From positions 56,791 to 120,790 of the forward strand of contig JAQVNC010000001.1 of assembly GCA_028703305.1 (NCBI GenBank): a stretch of DNA of 64,000 nt. The letters run 5' to 3'. Shown here in pieces: positions 35,524-45,539 of this stretch. A program made the position numbers and the translations under genes. The notes below the pieces were generated by a model. It was not told where the DNA came from, searched no databases, and saw only the letters and a program-made list of their open reading frames with translations. Positions within the stretch are counted from its first letter, which is position 1, and every line of letters starts with the position of its first letter. The DNA is from Patescibacteria group bacterium (GTDB taxonomy: Bacteria; Patescibacteriota; Patescibacteriia; Patescibacteriales; GWC2-42-12).

Positions 35524-36561
35524 TTATATATTGATGTCCAATTTTAAATTTTGGCTGATTTGGATTAAGAGGCCATGCGCTCTCTCCGGCTCGGCTTTAT
35601 CTTTTAAGAGGAAAAAAATAGCGGTGCGCAGAGCTGTCCAGTTATAGTAATTATCAATTCTTTTATTTAGATTATCATCTAAAGTTATTTTGGCGTTTTT
35701 AAGGTAGCTTTTTAAAAAAAGCTGCTTTATTTTTTTTACCTCCTCTTGGTCGTTGATTTTACGAAGCATCATAAATTCCAGCTGCTGTAAAAAGGCGCCT
35801 AAATCCCGGGCGTAATCCGCCAAGCAAATATCGGTAAAATCTATGACGCCGATTTTATTTTTATCAATAATAATGACATTCTCCGGATGGGCGTCGCCAT
35901 GAATCAACCAGCGTTCTTCGGTTGAAGAGAGAAAGTTTTTTTCTTCTTGATTTATCCTTTCATAGGCGTGTCGGCAAACTTCAAAATAGCGCGGCTCGCT
36001 GTCCCGCACTTTGGTCAGGGCTTGAGCCATGCCCGGAATAACAGTTTCAATCCGGCTGTTTAAAGGGTTAAAATTTTTGGCCGTTTCGGCCACGGCGCTA
36101 AGATGATGCAATTTGGCGAACCAAGCGGCCGCTTTAACCACAACCGATTCTACGGTCTTTATGTCTCCGCGGCGGATATATTGATAAAGATTTTCGCCGC
36201 TAATGCCTTGATAAAAAAAAGCGTTAAAATCAGGCGAATAAAATAGCGGCCTGGGTATGGTCAAATTGCCTTTATTAAATCCGTTTTGCCAAAGAAAAGT
36301 TAAAGCTTCAAAAGAATTAAGGCGCGGTTCATCGCTATGAGCCGTAGCGTAAATTAATAGAGTCTGCGGTTTATTTTCCGAAGCTACAAAAGTAGTTTGA
36401 TATTCAATTACCACATGATAAGTGGAAACCCAAATATTGTCTTTTATCAAGCGAGTTTTTATCTCTTTAATATCGGAAAACTCGGGATATTCGGGCAAGA
36501 TTTCTTTTTTAAATAAAGCTAAAACGAATTTTTGGTCTAGTAAATTATTGATTTTGTTCAT
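35524..36561 (-). CDS. APH/choline-kinase-fold phosphotransferase (possibly maltokinase-like, by context)
   Basis: HGDAHPENVIII…IDFTD catalytic loop (Brenner and DFG-like motifs). Confidence 0.6.
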   Translation of the reverse strand: MNKINNLLDQKFVLALFKKEILPEYPEFSDIKEIKTRLIKDNIWVSTYHVVIEYQTTFVASENKPQTLLIYATAHSDEPRLNSFEALTFLWQNGFNKGNLTIPRPLFYSPDFNAFFYQGISGENLYQYIRRGDIKTVESVVVKAAAWFAKLHHLSAVAETAKNFNPLNSRIETVIPGMAQALTKVRDSEPRYFEVCRHAYERINQEEKNFLSSTEERWLIHGDAHPENVIIIDKNKIGVIDFTDICLADYARDLGAFLQQLEFMMLRKINDQEEVKKIKQLFLKSYLKNAKITLDDNLNKRIDNYYNWTALRTAIFFLLKDKAEPERAHGLLIQISQNLKLDINI

Positions 36562-36562
36562 A

Positions 36563-37732
36563 TTATTTCAGCCAAAAGCGATGCCAATGCTTATGCCAAA
36601 TTAGTTGTTTTATTTTTATGTATAATTTTTCCGCCTTGATTTTAGCCTGCCTGGTTTTCGGATCGGCTAAGGCGCGGATGCTTCTAATTAATTCATTTAC
36701 GCCTTTTTCCGTTTCATCCGGATTCCAGGCAATCGGCCCGTAAAGCTTAAAGTCATGGGCGCTGGCCCACCAAAAAGTGCAGCTGGCTAAGCCTTTGTCC
36801 AGATGCTGTCTGGCCCAAAAATAATTTTGGTCTTTGGCGTATTTATTAACGTTGGCGATAGCGGCGCCGGCTAATTGCCACAGCAGGGTTTGAATTTTAT
36901 TTTTTTTATTTTGCCAGAGAAAATAGGGCAAATTATTTTTTAATTCTTTTTCGGTTGATTCCCAGGATGAGGCTCGCAAGGCGATTTTTTCAGGCTGGCT
37001 TAATCCGCTTAAATATTCGCCGGCCGTCAAGGTTTTAACTTCAGGGCAATGCAACAGCTTTTCAAAAGCATAGCTAAAATCTTTATGCCTTAAGCCGTAA
37101 AGTTCGGCGTCGGTTGCCGTAACAACAATTTCATTTTTTGGTTTTTCCATCAATTTAAAAATTACTTGCGGCGCGTATTTTTTTGAATTTTGCCTTTGGC
37201 GAAAAAGTATTTTAAGGCCGGAATTTTTATCAAGGTAAAGGCGGGAAAAATTAAGCCGGCTCGGCTTTTTTGCGGCGCTTATTTCATCAAGCATAATCCA
37301 GCGATAATTTAACTTTTTTATTATTTTAGCCAGCCTAATCCCGTAAGCCGCTTCGGGAATAAAAAAGCCCGAAGCCTTAAATTTCGGGCCGAAATATTTT
37401 TTTAAAATTTCCTCGTTAAGTTTAATCTGCCTGATAATTTCTTTGTCGGGCAGTAAGGCAAGTAATGGATGAAAAGCGGCCGAGCCGGTTAGTTCTATCT
37501 GCCCGCTAGCCACTAGCGCTTTTAAGTCGTTAATTAATTCTTTGTAGCCTAAAATTTCCAGTCTTTCCAAAAGGCAGCCGGTTAGATTAAGGGTGAATTT
37601 AATTTGCCGGTTTCGTTTTAAGGCGCTAATGATTCTTTTATAGCTTTTTTCAACCGCCTCAACAATAGTTTCGCCGGCCGCGGTCGGCGGCTGATAAAAG
37701 TGAAGAAAATTAACCCAAGTGATTTTAGGCAT
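36563..37732 (-). CDS. Glycoside hydrolase family 57 protein
   Basis: N-terminal VNFLHFYQPP (the HxHQP-type GH57 signature). Confidence 0.7.
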   Translation of the reverse strand: MPKITWVNFLHFYQPPTAAGETIVEAVEKSYKRIISALKRNRQIKFTLNLTGCLLERLEILGYKELINDLKALVASGQIELTGSAAFHPLLALLPDKEIIRQIKLNEEILKKYFGPKFKASGFFIPEAAYGIRLAKIIKKLNYRWIMLDEISAAKKPSRLNFSRLYLDKNSGLKILFRQRQNSKKYAPQVIFKLMEKPKNEIVVTATDAELYGLRHKDFSYAFEKLLHCPEVKTLTAGEYLSGLSQPEKIALRASSWESTEKELKNNLPYFLWQNKKNKIQTLLWQLAGAAIANVNKYAKDQNYFWARQHLDKGLASCTFWWASAHDFKLYGPIAWNPDETEKGVNELIRSIRALADPKTRQAKIKAEKLYIKIKQLIWHKHWHRFWLK

Positions 37733-37743
37733 ACTATAATTTT

Positions 37744-37845
37744 GTCATTGCGAGGAGCCACGTACTCGTGGCGACGCGGCAATCTCTGGTTGAGCTCCGA
37801 GTATGTGAGATTGCTTCGCTTCCTTTGGTCGCTCGCAATGACAAT
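37744..37845. repeat. Nested palindromic repeat L3
   Basis: gtcattgcgaggagccacgtactcgtggcgacgcggcaatctctg…gtgagattgcttcgcttcctttggtcgctcgcaatgacaa; near-identical to L6. Confidence 0.75.
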
Positions 37846-37854
37846 CGTAAAAAG

Positions 37855-39324
37855 TTATTCGTTGTTTTTTAACGCTTTTCTATATAAAGCGACGTATTTT
37901 TTGGCCGGTATTTCCCAGCTATTGGATTCTTCCATCGCTCGCACAATCAATGCACGCCAAATATTTTTATATTGGCGGGTTTCCAAAGCTCTGATAATGG
38001 CGGCAAAAAGCGAATATTTGTCAAAACCGGTAAAGTTAAAGCCGGTGCCGCGGTTGGTTCGGGGATTATAATTAGTAACAGTATCATAAAGGCCGCCGAC
38101 TTTTCTAACCACCGGGATGCAGCCATAGCGCATGGCGATTAATTGGTTGATGCCGCAAGGCTCATGGTGCGATGGCAGAAGAAAAATATCAGCGCCGGCG
38201 TAAATTAAAGTTTCCATGGCTTGGTTTTCCTTAAATGACAGCCAGATGATTTTTTTTGGGTATTTTTTATTATATTTTTTAAGTTCGGCGATATAGCTTT
38301 TATCGCCATCGCCCATAATTATAATTTGTATATCCAATTTAGCCAATGGCTCCATTATTTCCAAGACTAAATCCATGCCTTTTTGGAAAGTAACCCTTGA
38401 AGTTAAAGCGATAATCGGCATTTCCCGGTCAACCGGCAGGCCGATTTTTTTCTGCAGATATTCTTTATTTAATTTTTTGCGGTGGATTTTTTTGTAATTA
38501 TAGTTTTTAAATAAGCCTTTGTCATTATCCGGATTGTAAGTTTTGTAGTCAATGCCGTTTATAATGCCGTAAAGCTTGTCTTGGCGGTTACCGAGGATCC
38601 GATGCAAGTCTTGGCCGAATTTTTTTGTTAAAATTTCTTCGCGGTATTGCTCGCTGACCGTATTTATAATATCGGCCGAGAGAATGGCCCGTTTGGCGAA
38701 ATTAATATTTTCCATTCTAGGGTCGTCTTGATGCGGCAGGCGGCTGCGGCCGTAGTCTTTATCTTTATTGGGTATTTCCCACCAGCTGTGGCCGAGCTGA
38801 AACACCAAATTATGGATAGTAAAAATTGTTTTGGCTTTTTTCAGGGTGTCTGAATACTGGAAATCAGTTTTTAAATAATAGGGAATTAAACCGGTATGCC
38901 AGTCATGGCAATGCACGATGTCAGCCTCAAATTTTAAAAAAGAAATGAGTTTTAACGCCGCCACGTCAAAGGCTAAAAAGCGCGCGTTTTCATGCGATGA
39001 GCCGTAAATGGTTTTTCTGGCGGAGAAATATTTTTTATTTTCAATAAAATAGACCGGCAGATTTTTCATCAAGTAGCCTCGCCAGAAATTAACTTGGATT
39101 TTATCAACCGAATTTAAATAGACGCTTGCATTTTCTTTGATTAATTTTAAATTATGCTGTTTAACATCAATGGTTTGGCCGTAAAGCGGAGTAATAATAA
39201 TGATTTCATGGCCCAATCTTTTAAGGGCCTTAGGCAGGCTTTTAGCCACGTCAGCCAGCCCGCCGGTTTTGGAAAACGGGGCGACTTCGGCCGCGATGGA
39301 AACTATTTTTAAGGGCTTAGACAT
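37855..39324 (-). CDS. Second glycogen synthase-like glycosyltransferase (GT5/GT4)
   Basis: KTGGLADVAKSLPKAL; start taken at MSKPLKIV (39324). Confidence 0.75.
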   Translation of the reverse strand: MSKPLKIVSIAAEVAPFSKTGGLADVAKSLPKALKRLGHEIIIITPLYGQTIDVKQHNLKLIKENASVYLNSVDKIQVNFWRGYLMKNLPVYFIENKKYFSARKTIYGSSHENARFLAFDVAALKLISFLKFEADIVHCHDWHTGLIPYYLKTDFQYSDTLKKAKTIFTIHNLVFQLGHSWWEIPNKDKDYGRSRLPHQDDPRMENINFAKRAILSADIINTVSEQYREEILTKKFGQDLHRILGNRQDKLYGIINGIDYKTYNPDNDKGLFKNYNYKKIHRKKLNKEYLQKKIGLPVDREMPIIALTSRVTFQKGMDLVLEIMEPLAKLDIQIIIMGDGDKSYIAELKKYNKKYPKKIIWLSFKENQAMETLIYAGADIFLLPSHHEPCGINQLIAMRYGCIPVVRKVGGLYDTVTNYNPRTNRGTGFNFTGFDKYSLFAAIIRALETRQYKNIWRALIVRAMEESNSWEIPAKKYVALYRKALKNNE

Positions 39325-39334
39325 AGAAATAAAA

Positions 39335-39811
39335 TTAAATACTATTACCGGCGCAAATCGCGATCGCCAGCGCGTCGGCCGCGTCATCAGGTCTGGGCAG
39401 TTCTTTAAGATTTAAAATAATTTTGACCATTCTTTGCACCTGGTCTTTTCTGGCGTGGCCATAAGTGGAAACGGCTTGTTTTACTTGATACGGCGTGAAT
39501 TCCACGCTGTTAATTTTATTTAGCTTGGCCGTTAAGACAACCACGCCCCTGGCTTGGCCGACGATCAGCGCGGTTTTTACGTTGTTGCCGAAAAATAATT
39601 CTTCAATGGCAATTAAATCCGGCTTATATTTTTTAATTAGTTTGGTGAGCTCTGAATTTATTATTTCCAGCCGATCGGCCAGGTTAAGCTTGGCCGAAGT
39701 TTTTATTGAGCCATAGCCAAGGCAGGTTAATTTATTGTTATCAATTTTAACAATGCCAAAGCCGGTATCGGCGATGCCCGGGTCAATGCCCAGAATCGTT
39801 TTTATAGCCAT
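39335..39811 (-). CDS. ruvC: Holliday junction resolvase RuvC
   Basis: ILGIDPGIADTGFGIV and catalytic D/E positions. Confidence 0.85.
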   Translation of the reverse strand: MAIKTILGIDPGIADTGFGIVKIDNNKLTCLGYGSIKTSAKLNLADRLEIINSELTKLIKKYKPDLIAIEELFFGNNVKTALIVGQARGVVVLTAKLNKINSVEFTPYQVKQAVSTYGHARKDQVQRMVKIILNLKELPRPDDAADALAIAICAGNSI

Positions 39812-39816
39812 TTAAT

Positions 39817-40539
39817 TTATAAATTAGCGTTTGTATAGTAATCCGAGACATCTTCATTATTATCTAGCTCTTCAATGAATTTTTCCACTTGATTTTTTTC
39901 TTCTTCGCTTAAATCGGCCGGCTCTTTGGCGACGTATTCAACTTCAGCCGACGCGGTTTTAATATTTTTATTTTCTAAAAATTGTTTGGCTTTTTGCAGA
40001 TCCGCAGGCGCGGTATAAATAGTCATGCCTTCAGCTTCTCTTTTAATATCTTCGGCGCCGGCGTCAATCAATTCCAACTCAAAATTTTCATCGGTTAATT
40101 TTTTGCTGTTAATCTCCTCGCTTTCAATCATAATTACCCCGCGCTGGGAGAAATTCCACATAACCGATCCCAAGGCGCCGCCATGCTTGGAAAATAAATG
40201 GCGGATTTCCGAAGCGGTGCGGTTTTTATTATCGCTTAAGCATTTAACGATAAATTGCGTCTTAACCGGCCCGATGCCTTCATAAGTAAGCTCTTCAATC
40301 TGCGCTCCGCCGGCTTCACCGGTGCCGCGCTTAACGGCGCGATCAATATTGTCTTTAGGCATATTAACGGCGCGCCCTTTATCCATGGCCATGCGCAAGC
40401 TAAAATTAACGTCTGGGTCGCCGCCTTTTCGCGCCGCTATAGTAATCAGCTTGGCGATTTTAGTAAAAATCGCTCCTTTTTTAGCGTCCACTACGGCTTT
40501 TTGCCTTTTAGTTGTCGCCCATTTTGAGTGTCCGGACAT
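39817..40539 (-). CDS. yebC: YebC/PmpR-family transcriptional regulator
   Basis: MSGHSKWATTKRQKAVVDAKKG N-terminus. Confidence 0.85.
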   Translation of the reverse strand: MSGHSKWATTKRQKAVVDAKKGAIFTKIAKLITIAARKGGDPDVNFSLRMAMDKGRAVNMPKDNIDRAVKRGTGEAGGAQIEELTYEGIGPVKTQFIVKCLSDNKNRTASEIRHLFSKHGGALGSVMWNFSQRGVIMIESEEINSKKLTDENFELELIDAGAEDIKREAEGMTIYTAPADLQKAKQFLENKNIKTASAEVEYVAKEPADLSEEEKNQVEKFIEELDNNEDVSDYYTNANL

Positions 40540-40662
40540 ATGATTCAATTATAAATTTTAAATTAATATATTTATTTAAAATCAGCTTATAGCTGATGGA
40601 GTAAATTTAACAGAAGTTTAGACAAAAATCAAGGTTATGATATAATAAAATTATCATAAAAT

Positions 40663-41316
40663 ATGGCGCTTAAAACCGCGCTGATTAATAATTTAACGAA
40701 TAAAATTATGAATATTGATTTTAAAAATGTTTTAAAGCATTACGCGGCGCGAACCCATGAAAAAATGAAAGAAGTTTTAATGGATCCGGCCGGAGCCGGT
40801 CCGGCTATTCATTATTATATGATTAGAGGCGGAGTTAACCAAAGGAATATTACCGTTTGGGAGCCCGGCACAATTTCAGGGGAATATATTAAAACCTACG
40901 GCCATTATCATGTGGGCGAGTTGAGCGAGACTTATGAAATTATTTATGGCCAGGGGGTGGCACTGCTGCAAAAATTAGCCGAAGATGAAAATGGAAATAT
41001 AATTGTTGATGAGGTTGAAGAATTTAAAGCCATTTCGGTTAAGGCGGGCCAGGTTGTATTTATGCCGCCTAAATGGGGCCATTTGGTAGTTAATGCCGGA
41101 AAGACATATTTTGCCACAGCTGATGACAGCCCGGTGGATTTTGAAGACCGCGACCCGGCCAGTTTTCCCGGGCATGCGGACTATGAACTGGTGAAAAAAA
41201 TGAGGGGCTTCGCTTACTATGTGGTTGAGCATGGCGGCCAGCCGGCGCTTAAGAAGAACCCGCTTTATAAAATAATTAAAAAACAAGATTTGGGCGGTTT
41301 GCCGGTAATAAAATAA
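40663..41316 (+). CDS. Cupin-type glucose-6-phosphate isomerase (cPGI), tentative
   Basis: TYGHYH…E motif region and a cupin fold. Confidence 0.5.
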   Translation: MALKTALINNLTNKIMNIDFKNVLKHYAARTHEKMKEVLMDPAGAGPAIHYYMIRGGVNQRNITVWEPGTISGEYIKTYGHYHVGELSETYEIIYGQGVALLQKLAEDENGNIIVDEVEEFKAISVKAGQVVFMPPKWGHLVVNAGKTYFATADDSPVDFEDRDPASFPGHADYELVKKMRGFAYYVVEHGGQPALKKNPLYKIIKKQDLGGLPVIK

Positions 41317-41535
41317 ATGAATTTAATTCATAAATATAAATTTATGTTCATCCCCTGGCTATTGATTATTTTAGGATTTATTTTCCTTTTGGAAAATCTT
41401 AATCTCCTGCCTTGGTTAAATTGGTCTGTGATTTGGCCGGTGATTTTAATTTTAGCCGGATTGTATATGATGAAAAAGAAAGGCGGCGATAATTGCTGCG
41501 GCTGGCTAAGCGGGAAGAAAGAAGGAGAAAAATAA
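41317..41535 (+). CDS. Small membrane protein (2 TM)
   Basis: Hydrophobicity; start adjacent to the upstream gene's stop. Confidence 0.4.
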   Translation: MNLIHKYKFMFIPWLLIILGFIFLLENLNLLPWLNWSVIWPVILILAGLYMMKKKGGDNCCGWLSGKKEGEK

Positions 41536-41564
41536 GCAGGTGATTTGCTAAATAAGTGTGTTTA

Positions 41565-41593
41565 TTGACTAAAAGTAAGTTTTAGTTTATAAT
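41565..41593 (+). promoter_or_regulatory. Consensus sigma70 promoter (TTGACT-17-TATAAT) for tRNA-Glu
   Basis: ttgact aaaagtaagttttagtt tataat, about 37 nt upstream of the tRNA. Confidence 0.6.
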
Positions 41594-41629
41594 TTTTTTA
41601 GTCTTGCGAAAGGCTATTTATTTTTACTC

Positions 41630-41701
41630 GGCCCCTTCGTCTAGTGGTTAGGACACCAGGTTTTCATCCTGGTAACAGGAGTTCGATTCTCCTAGGGGCT
41701 A
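41630..41701 (+). tRNA. tRNA-Glu (anticodon TTC)
   Basis: Cloverleaf ggcccct…aggggct, anticodon stem-loop ccagg-ttTTCat-cctgg, T arm aggag-ttcgatt-ctcct. Confidence 0.85.
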
Positions 41702-41709
41702 CAATTAAA

Positions 41710-41735
41710 AAAACCGGCAGTTGCCGGTTTTTATT
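41710..41735 (+). terminator. Rho-independent terminator after tRNA-Glu
   Basis: aaccggcag-ttgccggtt plus ttttt. Confidence 0.65.
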
Positions 41736-41754
41736 TTGTTAAATTATGTAATCT

Positions 41755-42693
41755 TTAAAAGAAAATAAATTTTTTTATGGCGCTTCTGTAAACCCGGTAA
41801 GGCTTGGGGCCGACAAAAACTTGGCCGTTTATAAAAATCGTGGGCGTGCCGTAAAGTTTGGTTTTTTGCAGTTCTTTAAATTGATTTTTAATAATATTTT
41901 TAGCGCTAGGCTCGCCTAAGCATTTATTGATGCCGGACGCGTTAAAGCCAAATTCATCTAAGGCTTGATTGATAAAAGCCGTATCGGACAATTTTGTTTT
42001 GTCGGCGGTGAATAAATAATCGTTTAAGGCCCAAAATTTTTCTTGGTCTTGGCTATAAGCGCAATAAGCGATGTCTGATAAATAACCGGTGTTGGCTACG
42101 GCCGGATAATGGGCGAAAATTAAATTAGTTTTTTCCGTTTTAGCCAGCCGGCGAATTTCCGGATAGGCCTTGCGGCTGTAATCGCATTCATAGCAGCCGA
42201 TAAAAACAATGGTATTTTTTGAATCGGCGGTTATTTTTGGAAAGCTTGATAAATCAACGCCAGAAAGCGTTAAATCTTTTTCGCTTTGCCCTTTGGCGCT
42301 GCAGCTGCCGGCCGTATTTAGCTGCGTTATTTTATTGTTTTCTCCGCTCGGGTCAAAAGCGCAAAAGCCGGATTGATTTAAGCCATTGCAGCTGCCGTAA
42401 AAATAATAATTGTAGCCGCCTTTAACTATATAAAAAGTGCTGGCCACCATTAAAATAAAGAAAATCCAGGAAAGAAGCTCAAAATGTTTATTGAACATTC
42501 GCGCGGCCAAGTCAGAGCGGTTTAACAGTTTAGCCAAGATTTTATTTTTTATCTTTTCTTTAAAGTCCATTTTACAGGGGCGGAAAGTTACTCTTCTAAA
42601 AACGCAATCCAGGGCTTCTAAGGCTAAAGCGCGGTGCGTGGCGCTAAATATGCCTAAGATTGAAAAAATGATTAAAGCGATGACACAGAACAT
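41755..42693 (-). CDS. Membrane-anchored DsbA-like thiol:disulfide oxidoreductase
   Basis: N-terminal TM helix, CYEC CxxC motif and a thioredoxin-like C-terminus. Confidence 0.55.
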   Translation of the reverse strand: MFCVIALIIFSILGIFSATHRALALEALDCVFRRVTFRPCKMDFKEKIKNKILAKLLNRSDLAARMFNKHFELLSWIFFILMVASTFYIVKGGYNYYFYGSCNGLNQSGFCAFDPSGENNKITQLNTAGSCSAKGQSEKDLTLSGVDLSSFPKITADSKNTIVFIGCYECDYSRKAYPEIRRLAKTEKTNLIFAHYPAVANTGYLSDIAYCAYSQDQEKFWALNDYLFTADKTKLSDTAFINQALDEFGFNASGINKCLGEPSAKNIIKNQFKELQKTKLYGTPTIFINGQVFVGPKPYRVYRSAIKKFIFF

Positions 42694-42696
42694 AAA

Positions 42697-43911
42697 TTAT
42701 AATATTTTAATTATTTTATTTAAACCGTTGATAAATATTTCCGCCTCGGCCATGGTGTTATAAAAATAAAGAGAGGCGCGAGCTGAAGTTTTTATATTAT
42801 GGGCATCAAACCAACTGTGAACGCAGTGCTGGCCCGAACGGATCATAATATTGGAAGTTTCATCCAGCAGCATGGCGATTTGGTTTGAATCCATGCTTTC
42901 AATATAGAATGATACAATGCCGCCTCTTAGGCTCGGGTTAATCGGACCGATTATTTTTGCTTGGGGAATTTTTAAAATTTCTTCGGTGAGATATTCATTT
43001 AACTTGTATTCCTGCTCGGCGATATTTTCATAGCCGATTTTTTTTAAATAATCAACGGCTTCACCTAAGCCGATAATGCCGGCATAATCCTGCAGTCCGG
43101 CTTCAAATTTTTCCGGCAGGGGTAATAATTTATGGCCAGAGTAAGTTGAATATTCAACCGTTTCGCCGCCGGTTAAGAACGGGTCAAGATTTTCCAGTAA
43201 ATATTTTTTGCCGTATAAGACGCCAGTACCGGTCGGCCCAAGCATTTTATGCCCGGAAAACGCCAGAAAATCAACGTCCAAATCGGTTACGTTAATTTTT
43301 TTATGCGGCGCTGATTGAGCCGCGTCTAAAAGTACCAAGGCTCCATGCTGATGCGCTATGTTAATTATTTCTTTGGCCGGAATACTGACGCCGTCAAGAT
43401 TTGAAGTCTGGACCATGGCGACTAATTTTACCTGCCCACTCATCATGCTCTCAAATTTTTCCAGGTCAAAAGTATTGTCCGGTTTTGAAGGAACGATTTT
43501 ATGAATTACGTTGATTTTTTTTGTCAGAATCTGCCAGGGTATTAGATTGGAATTATGTTCTTTGTCAGTAGTTAAAATTATGTCGCCCGGGCTTAATTTT
43601 AGGCTGTGGGCGATTAAGTTTATGCCTTCAGTGGTGTTGCGGGTAAAAATTATTTCCTCCGTATGTTTTGCATTGATAAATTCGGCTATGGTTTTCCTGG
43701 CCTCAGCCACTTTTTTAGTTACCATATCCGCCAGCTTATGTCCGCTTCGTCCGGCGCAAGCCGGGTAATCATTATAATACTCATTTATGGCTTTAATCAC
43801 GGGTAATGGCTTTAAGCTCATACAGGCATTATCAAAATAAACCGGCGGCTGGCCGTTGATTGTTTTTTGGAATAAGGCGAAATCTTGCCGGATTTTTTCC
43901 AGATTTATCAT
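42697..43911 (-). CDS. Cysteine desulfurase (class V aminotransferase, SufS/NifS-like)
   Basis: PLP lysine context AFSGHKMLGPTGTGVLYGKK and a C-terminal catalytic-Cys region. Confidence 0.8.
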   Translation of the reverse strand: MINLEKIRQDFALFQKTINGQPPVYFDNACMSLKPLPVIKAINEYYNDYPACAGRSGHKLADMVTKKVAEARKTIAEFINAKHTEEIIFTRNTTEGINLIAHSLKLSPGDIILTTDKEHNSNLIPWQILTKKINVIHKIVPSKPDNTFDLEKFESMMSGQVKLVAMVQTSNLDGVSIPAKEIINIAHQHGALVLLDAAQSAPHKKINVTDLDVDFLAFSGHKMLGPTGTGVLYGKKYLLENLDPFLTGGETVEYSTYSGHKLLPLPEKFEAGLQDYAGIIGLGEAVDYLKKIGYENIAEQEYKLNEYLTEEILKIPQAKIIGPINPSLRGGIVSFYIESMDSNQIAMLLDETSNIMIRSGQHCVHSWFDAHNIKTSARASLYFYNTMAEAEIFINGLNKIIKIL

Positions 43912-43935
43912 ATCTAGTATTATAGCTGATTAATT

Positions 43936-44889
43936 TTAATAAACAAGATTAAATAAATAACCGATAAAAATAATTCCCAGAGCCACCGTGCTAAAAAATA
44001 TCGCCAAAAGCTTCATGGTCATAACTTTTTTAAGCATGATCGCTTCAGGCAGTGACAGCCCGGCAATAGCCATCATGAAAGCCAGCGCGGTTCCCAGGGG
44101 AATACCTTGGACGGTTAGGGCAAAAATTATCGGCACTAGCATTGAACAGCCGGCATAAATCGGAATTCCGATTAAAGTGGCGATGGGAACGGCCAGAATT
44201 GAATTAACGCTAAGATATTTTTGAAAAAAATCAGTTGGAATATAGCCGTGGATTATGGCGCCGACGCCCACGCCGATAATGATAACCAGCCAAAGTTTTT
44301 TAAAAGTGATAAAGCTTTCATTTAGCGAATATTGAATTTTTCCCTCAAGGCTTTTAGGCAGATAGTTAAGGTTTAAATTCTCCCCATTATCGCCGTTAAA
44401 TTTTAAAATTATTTCTTTATCCAGTTTCATCTTTCCGATTATTAAACCGACAACAACGCCTAAAATAATACCGGTCAGAGCGTAAAGAGCGGCGATTTTC
44501 CAGCCAAAGGTTCCGCCCATTAGCACAAAAACAACTTCATTTACCAAAGGAGAGGTAATAATAAAAGAAAAAGCGACTCCCAGAGGCATCTCCGCTTTTA
44601 TAAATCCAATAAAAATTGGTATGGACGAGCAAGAACAAAAAGGCGTAACCGCTCCGAGCATTGAAGCGGAAAGATTGCCTAGGCCGAATTTTTGTTTAGA
44701 GAAGGTTTCTTTTAATTTATGGGGAGGCAGAAAGGTCCGAATAAAAGCGATAACCGCGATAATAATCAGGATTAGAAAATAAATTTTAACCGTGTCATAA
44801 ACAAAAAAGTTTAGGCTGCCGCCTATTTTTGAAGCGGAGTCAAAATTTAAAAGAGAAAAAATAAGCCAGTCGGCGAATATTTTAATCAT
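43936..44889 (-). CDS. Permease (UPF0718-type, 8-9 TM)
   Basis: Polytopic membrane protein with conserved Cys pairs (PFCSCSS). Confidence 0.6.
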   Translation of the reverse strand: MIKIFADWLIFSLLNFDSASKIGGSLNFFVYDTVKIYFLILIIIAVIAFIRTFLPPHKLKETFSKQKFGLGNLSASMLGAVTPFCSCSSIPIFIGFIKAEMPLGVAFSFIITSPLVNEVVFVLMGGTFGWKIAALYALTGIILGVVVGLIIGKMKLDKEIILKFNGDNGENLNLNYLPKSLEGKIQYSLNESFITFKKLWLVIIIGVGVGAIIHGYIPTDFFQKYLSVNSILAVPIATLIGIPIYAGCSMLVPIIFALTVQGIPLGTALAFMMAIAGLSLPEAIMLKKVMTMKLLAIFFSTVALGIIFIGYLFNLVY

Positions 44890-44908
44890 AATTTTAATTC
44901 ATTATTTT

Positions 44909-45208
44909 TTAGCCGCAGCAGCCGCAGCCATCATTTTTGCCGCTATGGCTAGTATTATTATTTTTTGTTTCGTTCACGCGGCAATCTTCGCTGCCAATAT
45001 TTTTATCGCAACAACAATCGTCGGTTTTGCCATAGGCCTTAAAGATATTTTTGATAAAATTAGCCGCGGAAAATTCCGGTCTGATATTTTTTGATCGGCA
45101 TTTTGGGCAAACGAATTTTTCGCTTTTGCCTTCTTCTTTTTCTCGGATTGCCGCTTTAATCTCAAAGGCATTGCCGCAATCAGCGCATTTATAAGCGTAA
45201 GTCGCCAT
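44909..45208 (-). CDS. Zinc-ribbon (FmdB-like) protein with a Cys-rich C-terminal tail
   Basis: CADCG…CPKC ribbon and a DDCCCD…GCGCCG tail. Confidence 0.5.
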   Translation of the reverse strand: MATYAYKCADCGNAFEIKAAIREKEEGKSEKFVCPKCRSKNIRPEFSAANFIKNIFKAYGKTDDCCCDKNIGSEDCRVNETKNNNTSHSGKNDGCGCCG

Positions 45209-45239
45209 AGATTTTAAAATTAATAAGTTAAATTATTTT

Positions 45240-45509
45240 TTAATGCAAAATTTTTTCTAAAGTTTTTTTTAATTCCGCCAGAGTTTTTTTATTTAAGGAA
45301 TAGTACACCCGTTTGCCGTCTTTACGGTCCGAGATCACTTTATTTTCTCGCAAGATTCCTAGGTGATGCGAAGTAAGATTTTGCGGTAAATTAAATTTTT
45401 TAAAAATATTACAAACGCACTTTTCTTCGGAAGCCAAATAATTAACGATATTGAAACGTATGTCATTCCCTAAAATATTAAACAGCTTGTATGTTTTTTT
45501 TATTGCCAT
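45240..45509 (-). CDS. ArsR-family metalloregulator
   Basis: ILGNDIRFNIVNYLASEEKCVCNIFKKFNLPQNLTSHHLGILRENKVI, including a CVC metal site. Confidence 0.8.
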   Translation of the reverse strand: MAIKKTYKLFNILGNDIRFNIVNYLASEEKCVCNIFKKFNLPQNLTSHHLGILRENKVISDRKDGKRVYYSLNKKTLAELKKTLEKILH

Positions 45510-45511
45510 AG

Positions 45512-45539
45512 TATCATATCAATATATATTGATATGATA
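45512..45539. promoter_or_regulatory. Perfect 28-bp palindrome immediately upstream of arsR; a probable ArsR operator
   Basis: tatcatatcaatatatattgatatgata. Confidence 0.6.
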
